From: Candidatus Latescibacterota bacterium
GTDB lineage: Bacteria > Latescibacterota > UBA2968 > SICM01
Direction of reading: 5' to 3'
Assembly (NCBI GenBank): GCA_965217865.1
Contig: CBDCJO010000002.1
Coordinates: 192,001-256,000, forward strand
Length of the DNA stretch: 64,000 nucleotides
A program made the translations under genes and the position numbers. Shown piece by piece: positions 22,160-32,838 of this stretch. Each line of letters begins with the position of its first letter. Positions within the stretch are counted from its first letter, which is position 1. The notes beneath the pieces are model-generated. The model saw only the letters and a list, made by a program, of their open reading frames with translations. It searched no databases and had not been told where the DNA came from.

Positions 22160-24370
22160 TCATTGCCGTTCTTCATACTCCGTTGGCGGTACCGATGGTA
22201 GGTTCAGACCGTGTTCCCGGCAAACGGTGAACGGGATAATAAGAGCTCGATGCCGATAGTGGCCGAAACGGCGAGGATTCTTGGTTGTCCTCACGCCTTT
22301 GATCTGGGTCAAGAGGCGCACGATATTGACCGACGCGAGGGGCGTCTCATGCAAAGCGCTCTTCATGCCATCGTGATTCCACGCAATCAGCAATGTATTG
22401 CGGCTCAACTTAAATCCGTAGCGTACGGTCAGTTCGCGGTGTTCCCATTGTTGATCAATAATACTTTTGCTCACCAGATCGCCGAGAGAAATGTCATTTC
22501 CGGCAGGCACACGGATTCTGGTCGCCATGATCTCATGTAGGGTATCGGAGCCGATATTTTGCGGTACCGCACTGAGCCGAATAGGCGTGTAGTCGTCCGA
22601 CAAGAACCCGGCCCCTGCGGTGAGAGCGGCGATGGTCCACGTCTTTCGGGCCTCCGCTTCTTCCGTCTCCGAGAGGAGTTCGTTTCTAATCTCCTGCGTC
22701 TTTCGCACGATATGCGGTGCGTGGCGGATGATGTGCGTGCGTAGCGCCGCCGCACTGTTCGGTCGCGTTACCTCGTTCATCAGTGTCCGCGCTGCCTGCC
22801 AATCAGCAGTATCTTGGTGGCCAAGCCGGATCGGCATGAGCGGCGATGAGTCCGGGGCGGGCAATTCGAGCCGGAAGCCAGATTCAACCAGGATTGAGAA
22901 ACGATCCTGCGTGATGAGGCCGATGATACCTTCCCTTCGGGTCCGCGGCCCGCTGATGGACTCGGGTTCATGCAACCAGCAAGGGAGCGAGTCGAGGCTG
23001 GCCGCCGTTTCGTTCAGATTCACCGTGGTGGCCTTGGACAATATGCGCATGGCTCCATCAAACAACCACGGCACCAGCCGTCCGCGCAGCATCGTCGTGT
23101 CTTTGTCGATTGGGGTTACCAACGACACGATGGGTGGCTTCGGTAGCGCCCCACCAATCAGTGCAGATACGATCCAGCCGAGAAACGCGCGGCCGTCGTC
23201 GGAAGTGGCCCATCGGTAGCACATCATGGCGTCGTAAAGCGCCCGGCCGAATTCGGGCGCGTGGTTATCATCCACCATTTTTATTGCGGGGCCGGGCCGG
23301 AAAAACAGCCATTCCATCTCCCATAATCGCTTTTCGACACTCAGCTTTCCGTCGGTTCCCGTGACGGCCACGCGGTCGCCTAGGTTGTAGACAATCCTAC
23401 TGCCCTTGTTGTGGGCACCACGTCCCATAGCACGATCCAGTACATCCGCAATCTGCGGCACTCTAGCCGCCTCCAAGAGCGCGTCAGCGACATCAAGCCG
23501 TTTCTCGCGAGACAACCCGCACTGCCCTCGCCACCAACTGAGCGGCGCGATTTCAATCAATTTGTTCTCTCGGGTCAGGGCATCGGGTAGGATATCGAGC
23601 AGTTGGTTCGTCGTTTTAGATTGGATCACTATGTTGCGGCCTTGGAAGCCCAAGACCTTGAAATACTCTGTGTCGTCCATTGACGGGAGTGGCTTGACTT
23701 GTTCGTCGGTGTGCTCAGTCGATTTTCCGGTTGCACCCACGATTTCCTCCTGATCCCGATGTTGGACCGGGTCATCGCGTCCGGTAGGTGAGGACTCCGG
23801 AAGGGCAGCGTCACTCACTACTGGATTGTCAGCCTGTGGACTCGCAACGGCGCTCCAAGGTTGAAAGGCTGCCATGCCGGCAAAGGACAGGGACAGGATT
23901 TGAAGAATTTCTCTCAGGAAACTCTGGGCGGTTGCCTTATCGGCTATGTCCAGATCTGGCTCATGCGGGACGGTTTCGTTATCTAGGCGGCAGTGCCCGG
24001 TTTCACGAACCTGATCGATGATTGCATATTCCAGCCATTCCACATGATCGCGATTCAACCCTCCGCCGGGAGATACGAATACAATACCTCGGTTCCAAAG
24101 CTTGCCTTTCTTATCGTGTTGGCTGATTCGCCTTTTTACGTTCCTCGACTGACCAATATACAGTTGGACGGATTTCGTCTCGCTCAAACAACCTTCCAAG
24201 ATGTAGACGCCGGGGCCGGGGCGCTGCATCTCGCCAAGCTCAAGAATCTCCTTCCACTTCGACCTTGGAAACGCCAGCCCGAGGCCAGTCCAGTTCGATC
24301 GTTTGATCCGGAGTACACCTTGCGTAACGCCGTCCAGCGCATGGATCTCGTAGGTTAGGGGCGAAGCCAT
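22160..24370 (-). CDS. GIY-YIG nuclease fused to a degenerate phage primase-helicase-like domain
   Basis: N-terminal SNWTG...GVYIL...YIGQS...RISQH; C-terminal FKVLGF...IAPLSWW...LGWIV.A..GGALP. Confidence 0.7.
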   Translation of the reverse strand: MASPLTYEIHALDGVTQGVLRIKRSNWTGLGLAFPRSKWKEILELGEMQRPGPGVYILEGCLSETKSVQLYIGQSRNVKRRISQHDKKGKLWNRGIVFVSPGGGLNRDHVEWLEYAIIDQVRETGHCRLDNETVPHEPDLDIADKATAQSFLREILQILSLSFAGMAAFQPWSAVASPQADNPVVSDAALPESSPTGRDDPVQHRDQEEIVGATGKSTEHTDEQVKPLPSMDDTEYFKVLGFQGRNIVIQSKTTNQLLDILPDALTRENKLIEIAPLSWWRGQCGLSREKRLDVADALLEAARVPQIADVLDRAMGRGAHNKGSRIVYNLGDRVAVTGTDGKLSVEKRLWEMEWLFFRPGPAIKMVDDNHAPEFGRALYDAMMCYRWATSDDGRAFLGWIVSALIGGALPKPPIVSLVTPIDKDTTMLRGRLVPWLFDGAMRILSKATTVNLNETAASLDSLPCWLHEPESISGPRTRREGIIGLITQDRFSILVESGFRLELPAPDSSPLMPIRLGHQDTADWQAARTLMNEVTRPNSAAALRTHIIRHAPHIVRKTQEIRNELLSETEEAEARKTWTIAALTAGAGFLSDDYTPIRLSAVPQNIGSDTLHEIMATRIRVPAGNDISLGDLVSKSIIDQQWEHRELTVRYGFKLSRNTLLIAWNHDGMKSALHETPLASVNIVRLLTQIKGVRTTKNPRRFGHYRHRALIIPFTVCREHGLNLPSVPPTEYEERQ

Positions 24371-24589
24371 CTTCTATTCCTAATTATGGTCCTATGGGAT
24401 TCTGCCATATATGTCTTTTCTGCCGGGGCGGCTTCTGCGTCCCTGCCGTTCGGGATCTGAGAAGGGCGGGCAGACCTGGCGAAAGCGTCGGCCGTGAGTG
24501 CCATGAACAGAAACGAAAATGAAATTGGAACCAGACGTTTCATTTTGAACTCCCCGTGGATTTGGCGCATGTGTCTGTTGGAAATCTGC

Positions 24590-25200
24590 ATTCGATCAGG
24601 GCCGCTCCCCCGGTTCGAACTTGGACGGGGAGACGACGTCCGGCGACGTTGGCCAAGTGCGTTCCTTCGTGTCTACCCAACGGCAGATGGAATCCCCGGC
24701 TGCCTGTAGATGGGCAGCGACCTCCACGATACCGGCCCGGCCTTCTTCAGCAGCCGTCTTCGACCAATCTCTCTTCAAGGGAAACCAGACAAACACTGCG
24801 GAAAATATATGAGAATTGGCGTATCCGGTCAACTCTTGAATCCCGTGTAGCCGTTGAATTGGCAAGTGGAAGATGCCAGACGGAAAAACCATTGCTCGGC
24901 CGGGGGCACTCCGTAAAATCACACGGCAGCCGGAAAGTCCTTCACCCGTTTTGTCGTTTCGGATCAGCAGTGTCCGGTCAAGGTTCCGGTGGTTCTTTAT
25001 AACCGTTCAGGTGAAAGACAATTGCGAGGATTCCTGTCTGTTTTCGATTTCAATTCGTTCCTGCGTTTCGGCCATAAACACGTTCTTTGAGAAGACAGGA
25101 GCGGACAATGCATTCGGGACGGATCGTCTTCTCGCAATCGATGGACGACCTGCCACATATTGTGGTTTTCGGCTTGCCGAAATTGCTCGCAAACAGAAAC
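24590..25200 (+). repeat. ~600-bp composite repeat (copy at about 51320-51880) containing an IS4-family left end at 24968/51646
   Basis: Direct alignment by eye; cagtgtccggtcaa IR and MHSGRIVFSQ..DDLP (DUF4372-like N-terminus). Confidence 0.75.
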
Positions 25201-25524
25201 CGCCACGGAGGCACGCAGAAGAGACGCAAGGTAGGAACACGGCACACCGTGCCCGCCCTCACTGATTGTCAACCGACAGCTGCTCCAGATTCACGCAGGC
25301 TTCCTCTCTTCACCGCCTCCGACATCGTTCCTGAAGTACTGGATCACCGTCTCCACCATCCTTTGCTGCCCCTCCTCGGAGACGATCTCCACCGCCGGCG
25401 GGTTAGATCAACCAGAGTTGAACCAACTCCTTAGCTCTCTTATAAACTTGTCCCAGAAGCGTCCCTTAAATATTCCTCCTGGTCTGGTGCTTTGTCCAGT
25501 GCCCTGAGATTACCAATGACCCGA

Positions 25525-25779
25525 TTAATCCAAATCCGGCTGAGCCGTTAATAGATCGGCGAACCAATACGAGGTCGGGTCAAGAGGTGTGTAAAAGAGA
25601 TTAGGCGGCCCGAAGACACCCATCGGATCCAGTCGCTGACCAGGCGGCCACGAAATGATGTAGACTATTCGTTCCGAGTCGGGAAACCACGAAATGCGTG
25701 AATGCCGGCGTCGCCAGACGGAGTTGAGCTCCAGAAGAGAATCCAGGCTCAAAGGTTGTTTACCTTTATCGATGCCCAT
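25525..25779 (-). CDS. Hypothetical cassette ORF, possibly truncated
   Basis: Starts about 30 bp after the attC R' box. Confidence 0.4.
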   Translation of the reverse strand: MGIDKGKQPLSLDSLLELNSVWRRRHSRISWFPDSERIVYIISWPPGQRLDPMGVFGPPNLFYTPLDPTSYWFADLLTAQPDLD

Positions 25780-25811
25780 AAATTAATCCTATACGGGTGT
25801 TCCGCTGTTGC

Positions 25812-25887
25812 GCATAACGTTTCCAGCACTCCCGCAGGGGTTTTGCGAAGGCCCATAGGGCCGAAGCTCGGGAGTGCTGTGTTATGC
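25812..25887 (-). other. attC site
   Basis: GCATAAC-acagcactcccg...cgggagtgctggaaac-GTTATGC; same family as 56089-56171. Confidence 0.9.
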
Positions 25888-26640
25888 GTCGGCGGTCTCT
25901 GATTCTCCTGCCGCGTAGCTTATTACCTCGTCAAGACAATGCTCTGGATCTGAACCCTCCCGAAACAGGTCCTCTATTTCTTCGAAAATTCCTGGGATCT
26001 CTGAGCGGACGACTTCTCGGATAGAACGCCCGGCCTTCAGTCGGAATGCTTGGATGCTCAGTAGTTCACTGGGGATATGATCTAAGCAGATGAGCAACTC
26101 AAGATGAGCTTGCATCGGAAGGAGTTGGTCGATCCGAACCCTCAGGTGCTCCTCGAAGCCGAGGCTTGTCCTCCAATAGGCTTCGGAACAGGCCGGTTCC
26201 AACGTCTCCTGGAAATACTCCCGTCTTTCCGGGTTATCGAAGTACCCGGCTTCCTTAGGGCAGTAAACCAAGTCAGAGAATGCAGAGCAACCCACCCAAG
26301 TTCTCTGCCGTATTTGGTCCGTCGCCTGGATTCCGAGTGATACACTATTCAGCGTTCCACTTGAAACCGGATTCAGATCCCCTTGCCGTCGTCGATTCGT
26401 GTATCCGAAGATACAATTTCGGGGATCAACCCATCTCGGTATCCAGTCGAGGCGATGCCGGTAGTGGGCTTCATAGATAGTTTCGTGACGTTCGGTTGGA
26501 TCCGTTATCTTCCGGGGCTCCAATCCCTCGGCCAAGATGCCACGAAGATTATCAGGCCTGGTTCCGTGGTAGATCAGCCCTGTATCGGTAAAGTCGGCAA
26601 AGATCCAGTTCATTTCTTCCCAAGTCATGACACCAGGCAT
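25882..26640 (-). CDS. Cassette gene, ADP-ribosyltransferase-like protein
   Basis: LIYHGTRPDNLRGILAEGL; stop codon lies inside R''; upstream R' GTTATGC (26675-26681) is complementary to its own R''. Confidence 0.65.
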   Translation of the reverse strand: MPGVMTWEEMNWIFADFTDTGLIYHGTRPDNLRGILAEGLEPRKITDPTERHETIYEAHYRHRLDWIPRWVDPRNCIFGYTNRRRQGDLNPVSSGTLNSVSLGIQATDQIRQRTWVGCSAFSDLVYCPKEAGYFDNPERREYFQETLEPACSEAYWRTSLGFEEHLRVRIDQLLPMQAHLELLICLDHIPSELLSIQAFRLKAGRSIREVVRSEIPGIFEEIEDLFREGSDPEHCLDEVISYAAGESETADA

Positions 26641-26674
26641 TCTGTCTCCGAGGTTTTGCGTGTTGACCGCTGGC

Positions 26675-26733
26675 GCATAACGTTTTTGTCGAGGGCCGTA
26701 GGCACGAGCCGCAAGCGCCGTGTGAATTTGATA
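26675..26733 (-). other. Truncated attC (R' half)
   Basis: ...cgacaaaaac-GTTATGC; cut by an IS3 end. Confidence 0.55.
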
Positions 26734-26985
26734 TGACCCGGGAAAAGTGGACAGTGGTTTAAGCCGCTTTCTGCAGCGATAGGTGTTCAAAAAGGGCCGG
26801 GGACACATAGTCCAGGTAAGCGTGCAGCCGCTGATTGTTGTAAAACATTTCGATGTACTCGAAGAGTTCGCGCTCTGCATGATCGAGGTCGATCAAGTCG
26901 ACGTGATACAGCCATTCGGTCTTCAAGGTTTTGAAGAATGACTCGGAGACGGCGTTGTCCCAGCAATCGGCCTTCTTGCTCATGC
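26734..26985 (-). mobile_element. IS3-family right-end fragment (second family)
   Basis: CWDNAVSESFFKTLKTE...FYNNQRLH; end gtccacttttcccgggtca. Confidence 0.8.
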
Positions 26986-27165
26986 TTTGAACAAACTGAT
27001 GCGCGTCGACGGCCTTTCGGAAGCCATCGCAGCAATACTGAATACCTCGTATCGTTCTTGAAAGGCCCGCAGCTTATGGGCGGTAACCCGGATAAACCGC
27101 CTGGAGACATTGGAGGAGGACAGTCCAAAAGCTTCGAATCCCCTTCTCCCCCCCGGAAGTGCAGT

Positions 27166-27194
27166 AATATAGCCGTTTGGCCGGAAGCTGTCAA
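27166..27194 (-). promoter_or_regulatory. Sigma70-type promoter (copies at 48507-48535 and 60724-60752, + strand)
   Basis: TTGACA-17 bp-TATATT within a shared ~65-bp block. Confidence 0.7.
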
Positions 27195-27424
27195 CCAGGG
27201 AGGCTTCAGATCCGAGCGATCAGAAGGGGCGCCAGCATCTGCATGGCGTCTCATTCCTGTTGGCACACGTTCAGGTCGCGGCCCGTTGGATGACGGCGAG
27301 GTTCGAGACATCCGCCCCGGCCTTTTCAGGGTCTCCAAAAAAAACTCCAGAAATCGCCCCGACTTCGCCGTCACGACCACCCAGACATCCAGGTCCCGCC
27401 GTCGGAGACGCGGCTGATTTGATC

Positions 27425-27554
27425 CGATGGGGCTTTCTTTTAATGACTGGTAAAACTCCCGAAACTTCCCGGACTTCGCCATCGCGCCACACTGGAGCCA
27501 ACGATAAAAAGCCGTCTCGCTGATTCCTGCACCCTGCATGCGTCCATGTTCCAC
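27425..27554 (-). pseudogene. Phage HTH/terminase-small-like fragment
   Basis: AGISETAFYRWLQ...KFREFYQSLKE. Confidence 0.4.
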
Positions 27555-27619
27555 AACTTCCTCAAATACAAGGGGTTCTCTCTCTGGCGTGACGGTGAGC
27601 GGTTAGGAAAAGGGTGCAG

Positions 27620-27884
27620 TTGGGGAGCCATATTCCCATCCGCCAACTTAGGCGGTCGTCCGTTAACGCAAGACCCCGTGGGGCAACCTTTCGGGGTCTT
27701 GTCGCTTCTGCCGTATTCACAAACGCTTGTGCCACCTCTCCCCCTCTCTACCGGTTCTCTGTTTCGAAGCGTTTCCCCCGGTGTTCGAGCGCAACCGTGG
27801 GGGTTGCGTCCGCTGAGCAGAGATATCTCTTCCGGATTCTCCGATTCTCTGTTTTTCCCGTCGGCCTTGTTTAACAGCCCGGTT
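27620..27884 (+). repeat. ~265-bp non-coding repeat (inverted copies at 47789-48050 and 52282-52545)
   Basis: Contains the aagacccc...ggggtctt hairpin; three copies aligned by eye. Confidence 0.85.
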
Positions 27885-28651
27885 GCGTCCTTTCGACGTT
27901 TCGGAAGGTTCCTCCGGCAAGTATTCACCGGAAGCCGGACCGGCAGGTCCGGTCACCAGCTTACGAGCAGATCACCGGACAGCAGAGGCGGCCGTGCGCC
28001 CGGAGTCCGAAACCGTAGCTGGCGCAGCCCCCAGTCCCAGCCCGAGCGACGCCTTCTCCGGCGATTTTAGCAAGGCTTATCAAAGGCGCGCACGGTTCCC
28101 CCAAGGCGTGCGGGGAGATCCGTAAGGCCCGGTTCGTGGCCGCCTCTACGAGGGCTCTCCAGCATGGAATCCACACCTGGCGATCATGTTCAGGGACGAG
28201 CGGCCGGGGAAACGATAGGAGGGGAACGCGATGCCGCAGAACCCAACGCTGGAGGAGCGGCGTCTGCTGACGTTGCGCCTGCGCATCGCGGGCTGGAGCT
28301 ATCGCGAGATCGCGACACGGGTCGGAGTGTCCCCGACGCAGGTCTTCCATCTCAGCAAGGAGAAACCATGAGTAAAGACAAACTAGTACCAACCTGCGAA
28401 AATTCGCGTAATCTGATTGCCTAGCAAAAACAGGATGTTAAGGGCGGATTTGCACGCATAAACTTGTGCAGCTAAGTACTAGAAGACGCCGCAAAGAAAA
28501 GGTTGAGAGAAGAAACTGAGCCGGTCGAGCGCAGCGATGCGCCGGGGAAGAAACCGGAGAAGCCGGAGAATCCAGGGGGATTCAGGGACCTGTTCGAGGA
28601 TATGTGGGGTCACTTCGAGAACCCCCAGGATTCAAAAAAAAGGAAAATGCG

Positions 28652-29131
28652 ATGAGTTCGGTAGTTTGGGACAGAGACAACCTGATCCAAAAAGTCGGAG
28701 GCAACGTCGAAGAACTGGGGCATGTGAAGTACGACCAGCACTCGAACGAGTACGTCCTTTGGCTTAAGGACACACGCGACGTGTTCGGCACCAACAAAGG
28801 GTACATACGAGGCGACTCCTTCCCGTCGATGAAGGATGCCAAGCAGCACGCCGCTCTCTCCAAGTCCGCTTGGCTTTTGCACTACATGTGGATGGTCGGC
28901 CTGCGCGACGACGGAAATAAAACCGGCAAAGACGTTACCCAGGGCATAGAAGATTCCGAAAGCGGTAAGCCGCTGACGGTGTCAACGTTCAAGGAAGAAA
29001 TGGACAAGCTCACGGACAATCTAGATAGGGCGGAGAAAGAAGCAAGCGAGAAAGAAAGAAAATCCGTAAAGCGAGATATTTGCTTTTTCGTCGCCGGACT
29101 TGGCATCGGATTGGTCGGAATTTTTGTATAA
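28652..29131 (+). CDS. Hypothetical protein with C-terminal membrane anchor
   Basis: AAGGA RBS, coiled segment and transmembrane tail. Confidence 0.6.
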   Translation: MSSVVWDRDNLIQKVGGNVEELGHVKYDQHSNEYVLWLKDTRDVFGTNKGYIRGDSFPSMKDAKQHAALSKSAWLLHYMWMVGLRDDGNKTGKDVTQGIEDSESGKPLTVSTFKEEMDKLTDNLDRAEKEASEKERKSVKRDICFFVAGLGIGLVGIFV

Positions 29132-30067
29132 TTTCCGTCCAAAGGTATTGCCAATCGAATCTCTCCTGCAATACCGTTTCGCAACGTCCAAGCTTTTGAA
29201 AACCCGTCTCGGGTCGGATCGTAGTTACAGGCGCATGATGGAAGTTCAGGCCCGGCAACTGTGACGCTGTCGGAAGCTGCGGCGAAGGAACCGACGCGTG
29301 AGGAGATTGCCCCGGAGTTGCCCCCCAAATGTATGAAGTGGGCGAAAAGGAACCGCACAGGCTGTACGGCTGGTCCGTCTTGACCGCCGACCTGCTCGAC
29401 AAGGCCCTTCATCTCACGAATGAGCGCAGCTGCTTCCCGCCGCTCTGCTTTGCCTGGGGTTGTTCCTCCAATTTCGATTGAATCCTTCCCCCACCGAGCT
29501 TGCCGCCGGGAAGGTGGATGGCATCCCGCCGGCATCCGATCCTATGGCGGCTCACTGTGCAGCCGGGCCGGAACTTCCTTCCGGTGCCTTGAGGCGGACG
29601 ATGCACCGCCGGTCTCGATTATGTGGACACGCGTACTGTCCGGGGGCCGTCCTGGCCGAGGAACGCGGCTGGCGAGAACTGCCCGTTCCCGCCATTGGGC
29701 AAGATGGTGTTCAGGCGCTTGGCCCTGACCTGACCGCTCGCCTCGGCGATCTGACGAATCTGCTTGCGATCTCCAGCGGATGAGGCCCCGAGGGACTCTC
29801 CCGACGCGCCATGTATCCGGCCTGCCCAAATTTGAACTGGTTTAAACGGTCATTCCTTGATATATTTGTCGATCGACTACAGAGAGGACTCCGTCATGGC
29901 AGACGTATCGATCCAGGCCCATGACCGTCCGGGACTTGGCAGGGCGCCTGAACGTTGCCGGGCTTCAAGGGAGCCGGCGCATGGAGGTTCAAGCCGTCGG
30001 ACCTTGACGAATGGATCGGCCTGCAAGAAAAGTCCGCCGCAGGCCAAGCGGTTGAAGGAGACAAAGC

Positions 30068-32032
30068 GTGAGCAGCCTGAATATCGGCAACTTCATCTGG
30101 AACATCGCTGACGATGTGCTGCGGGACGTCTATGTGCGAGGCAAGTATAGAGACGTCATTCTGCCGATGACGGTCATTCGGCGTCTGGATGCGGTGCTCG
30201 AGCCGACCAAAGAGGCCGTGCTCAAGATGAAGGGGCAACTCGACAGGGCAGGCGTCGCCAATCAGCACGCTGCGCTCTGCCAGGCGTCCGGCCAGGCCTT
30301 CTATAACACGTCCTCCTTCCGCCTGCGCGATCTCGCCTCCCGGGGCAAGCAACAGCAACTCAGAGCCGATTTCGAGGCTTTCCTGGACGGCTTCTCCCCG
30401 AACGTCCAGGAGGTCCTCGACAAGTTTCAGTTCCGTAATCAGATTCCGACCCTGATCGAAGCCGGCGCGCTTGGATTCCTGATCGAGAAGTTCATCGACA
30501 GCTCGATCAATCTGAGTCCGAAACCCGTCTTGCACCAGGATGGCTCCGTTCGCCTTCCCGGACTCGACAACCACTCCATGGGGACGATCTTCGAGGAACT
30601 GATCCGTCGCTTCAACGAAGAGAACAACGAGGAAGCCGGAGAGCATTTTACTCCGCGTGACGTCGTGGAGTTGATGTCCCGTCTGATCCTTGCGCCCATC
30701 GCAGACATCATTCGGTCAGGCACCTATCTCGTCTATGACGGCGCCTGTGGCACCGGCGGGATGCTGACCGTTGCCGAAGATACGCTCGTCAAGCTCGCCG
30801 CAGAGAACGGCAGGGAGGTGTCTGTTCACCTCTACGGACAGGAGGTAAACCCCGAGACCTTCGCCATCAGCAAGGCCGATCTCATCCTGAAGGGTGAGGG
30901 AGGCGAGGCTGAGAACATGAAGTTCGGCTCGACCCTGTCCGGAGATGCGTTCCCGGGTCGAGAGTTTGACTTCATGCTCTCAAATCCACCCTACGGCAAG
31001 TCCTGGAAGACTGATCTTGAGCGCATGGGTGGGAGGAAAGACATGCGCGACCGGCGCTTCGTCACCGGGCACGCCGGCGATCCGGAGTACTCGCTGATCA
31101 CCCGTTCCAGCGACGGCCAGATGCTGTTTCTGGCCAACATGCTGAGCAAGATGAAACACGGCACCAGGTTGGGCAGCCGCATCGCCGAGGTCCACAACGG
31201 TTCGTCCCTGTTCACCGGCGACGCCGGCCAGGGCGAGAGCAACATCCGGCGCTGGATCATCGAGAACGACTGGTTGGAGGCCGTCGTCGCGTTGCCACTC
31301 AACATGTTCTACAACACGGGCATCGCGACCTATATCTGGGTGCTCGGCAACCGCAAGCCGGAGCATCGCCGGGGCAAGGTCCAACTCATTGACGCCACCA
31401 AGTGGTTCAAGCCGCTGCGCAGGAACCTCGGCAAGAAGAACTGCGAACTGTCGGGCGAGGACATCCGGCGCATCTGCGACGTGTTTCTTGCGTTCGAGGA
31501 AACCGGGCAGTCCAAGATCTTCCCGAACCGGGCCTTCGGCTACCGGAAGGTAACGGTCGATCGGCCGTTACGCCTTGAGGGGATCGACCCCGAGCGCGCC
31601 TGCACTGCCAAAGAGATCAAGGCGCTCAAGGAGGAAGCCGGGCGTTCGGAGACCGCGCCTCCGGTCATCAAGAAGATCCTCAGGAAGGGCACCGAGCCCG
31701 ACCCCGTGCGCGGTCTGTTCGCAGCCACCGTCAAGGGCAAGCCCGTCGTCGTCGAGTACGAACCCGACACTGAGCTGCGTGACACCGAGCAAATCCCGCT
31801 GTTGGAGGAGGGCGGAATCGAGGCGTTCCTGCGCCGAGAAGTGCTGCCCTATGCGCCTGACGCATGGTTTGTGCCGGACAGCATCAAGACCGGCTACGAG
31901 GTCAGCTTCACCCGATACTTCTACAAGCCACAGCCGTTGCGCAAGCTGGAGGAGATCCGGGCGGAAATTCTGGCGCTGGAGCAGGAGACGGAGGGGTTGC
32001 TCGAAAAGATTATTGGGACAATGGAAAGATGA
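30068..32032 (+). CDS. hsdM: Type I R-M methyltransferase subunit
   Basis: GEHFTPRDVV, YDGACGTGGML and NPPYG motifs. Confidence 0.95.
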   Translation: MSSLNIGNFIWNIADDVLRDVYVRGKYRDVILPMTVIRRLDAVLEPTKEAVLKMKGQLDRAGVANQHAALCQASGQAFYNTSSFRLRDLASRGKQQQLRADFEAFLDGFSPNVQEVLDKFQFRNQIPTLIEAGALGFLIEKFIDSSINLSPKPVLHQDGSVRLPGLDNHSMGTIFEELIRRFNEENNEEAGEHFTPRDVVELMSRLILAPIADIIRSGTYLVYDGACGTGGMLTVAEDTLVKLAAENGREVSVHLYGQEVNPETFAISKADLILKGEGGEAENMKFGSTLSGDAFPGREFDFMLSNPPYGKSWKTDLERMGGRKDMRDRRFVTGHAGDPEYSLITRSSDGQMLFLANMLSKMKHGTRLGSRIAEVHNGSSLFTGDAGQGESNIRRWIIENDWLEAVVALPLNMFYNTGIATYIWVLGNRKPEHRRGKVQLIDATKWFKPLRRNLGKKNCELSGEDIRRICDVFLAFEETGQSKIFPNRAFGYRKVTVDRPLRLEGIDPERACTAKEIKALKEEAGRSETAPPVIKKILRKGTEPDPVRGLFAATVKGKPVVVEYEPDTELRDTEQIPLLEEGGIEAFLRREVLPYAPDAWFVPDSIKTGYEVSFTRYFYKPQPLRKLEEIRAEILALEQETEGLLEKIIGTMER

Positions 32033-32838
32033 GCATGGTTCCTTCGTTCCCCGCAGGTCAGATCGAGTCGTTGGCAAAACTGCTCGGTGATTGCGGTACT
32101 GGACCGGATATCACTCGTATGCTGGCTCATTGCGGGCTGATTGATGGCTCGGGAGAATCCACCAAATGGCGGAGGCTCTATTGGGTATTCCTCGATGTCC
32201 AGAACAGGGACAGGTGCGCCAACCAAACACTCAACTTCATTAAGGCTTTCCTTACGCCTGCCCGTTTCGTTGGCAGGAATGAGGAATTCGAACCGCACCG
32301 TCAAGCACTGAACACAATCTTGGCATTCTCAGGGCTTGAGTACGGATCTGACGGGAATTTCCGGAAGCGCCGGGCTGCACAGACGCTGGGCGAGGCAGAG
32401 CGGCGAGCAGACACGATCCAGGCAAAGTTTCAGGGGCGGCGCATCCATCCGGAAGTAATGAAGTACTGTCGCGCTGAACTTATGCAGGACGACTACTTCC
32501 ATGCTGTCTTCGAGGCGACCAAAGGGCTGGCGCAACGGATTCGCGAGATGTCGGGAGTTGATGGGGACGGAGCGACCCTTGTGGATCGGGTCTTCTCTAC
32601 CAGCCGGCCAGTGCTGGCGTTCAACTCGTTGCAAACCGAGACGGAAAAGAGTGAACACCGGGGATTTGCTGAGCTGCTGAAGGGTTGCCTTGCGGCCGTC
32701 AGGAACCCTCGCGCGCACGAACCGAAGATACTCTGGAAGGGTGAAGATGATGCAGCGGACTACTTCACTCTGATTTCACCCCTCCATCGGAAGCTGGATG
32801 GTTACGTGACGACCGGGTTGAGAGCATTCCGTGATTAG
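32029..32838 (+). CDS. TIGR02391-family protein
   Basis: YFHAVFEATKG, DGATLVDRVF and RNPRAHE motifs; ATGA overlap with hsdM. Confidence 0.85.
   Translation: MSMVPSFPAGQIESLAKLLGDCGTGPDITRMLAHCGLIDGSGESTKWRRLYWVFLDVQNRDRCANQTLNFIKAFLTPARFVGRNEEFEPHRQALNTILAFSGLEYGSDGNFRKRRAAQTLGEAERRADTIQAKFQGRRIHPEVMKYCRAELMQDDYFHAVFEATKGLAQRIREMSGVDGDGATLVDRVFSTSRPVLAFNSLQTETEKSEHRGFAELLKGCLAAVRNPRAHEPKILWKGEDDAADYFTLISPLHRKLDGYVTTGLRAFRD

Noticed and set aside
27620-27635. GGGGAGCCA as a tRNA 3' end or att core
   Set aside because: No T-arm or cloverleaf upstream in any of the three copies; no tRNA or rRNA gene is visible in the window
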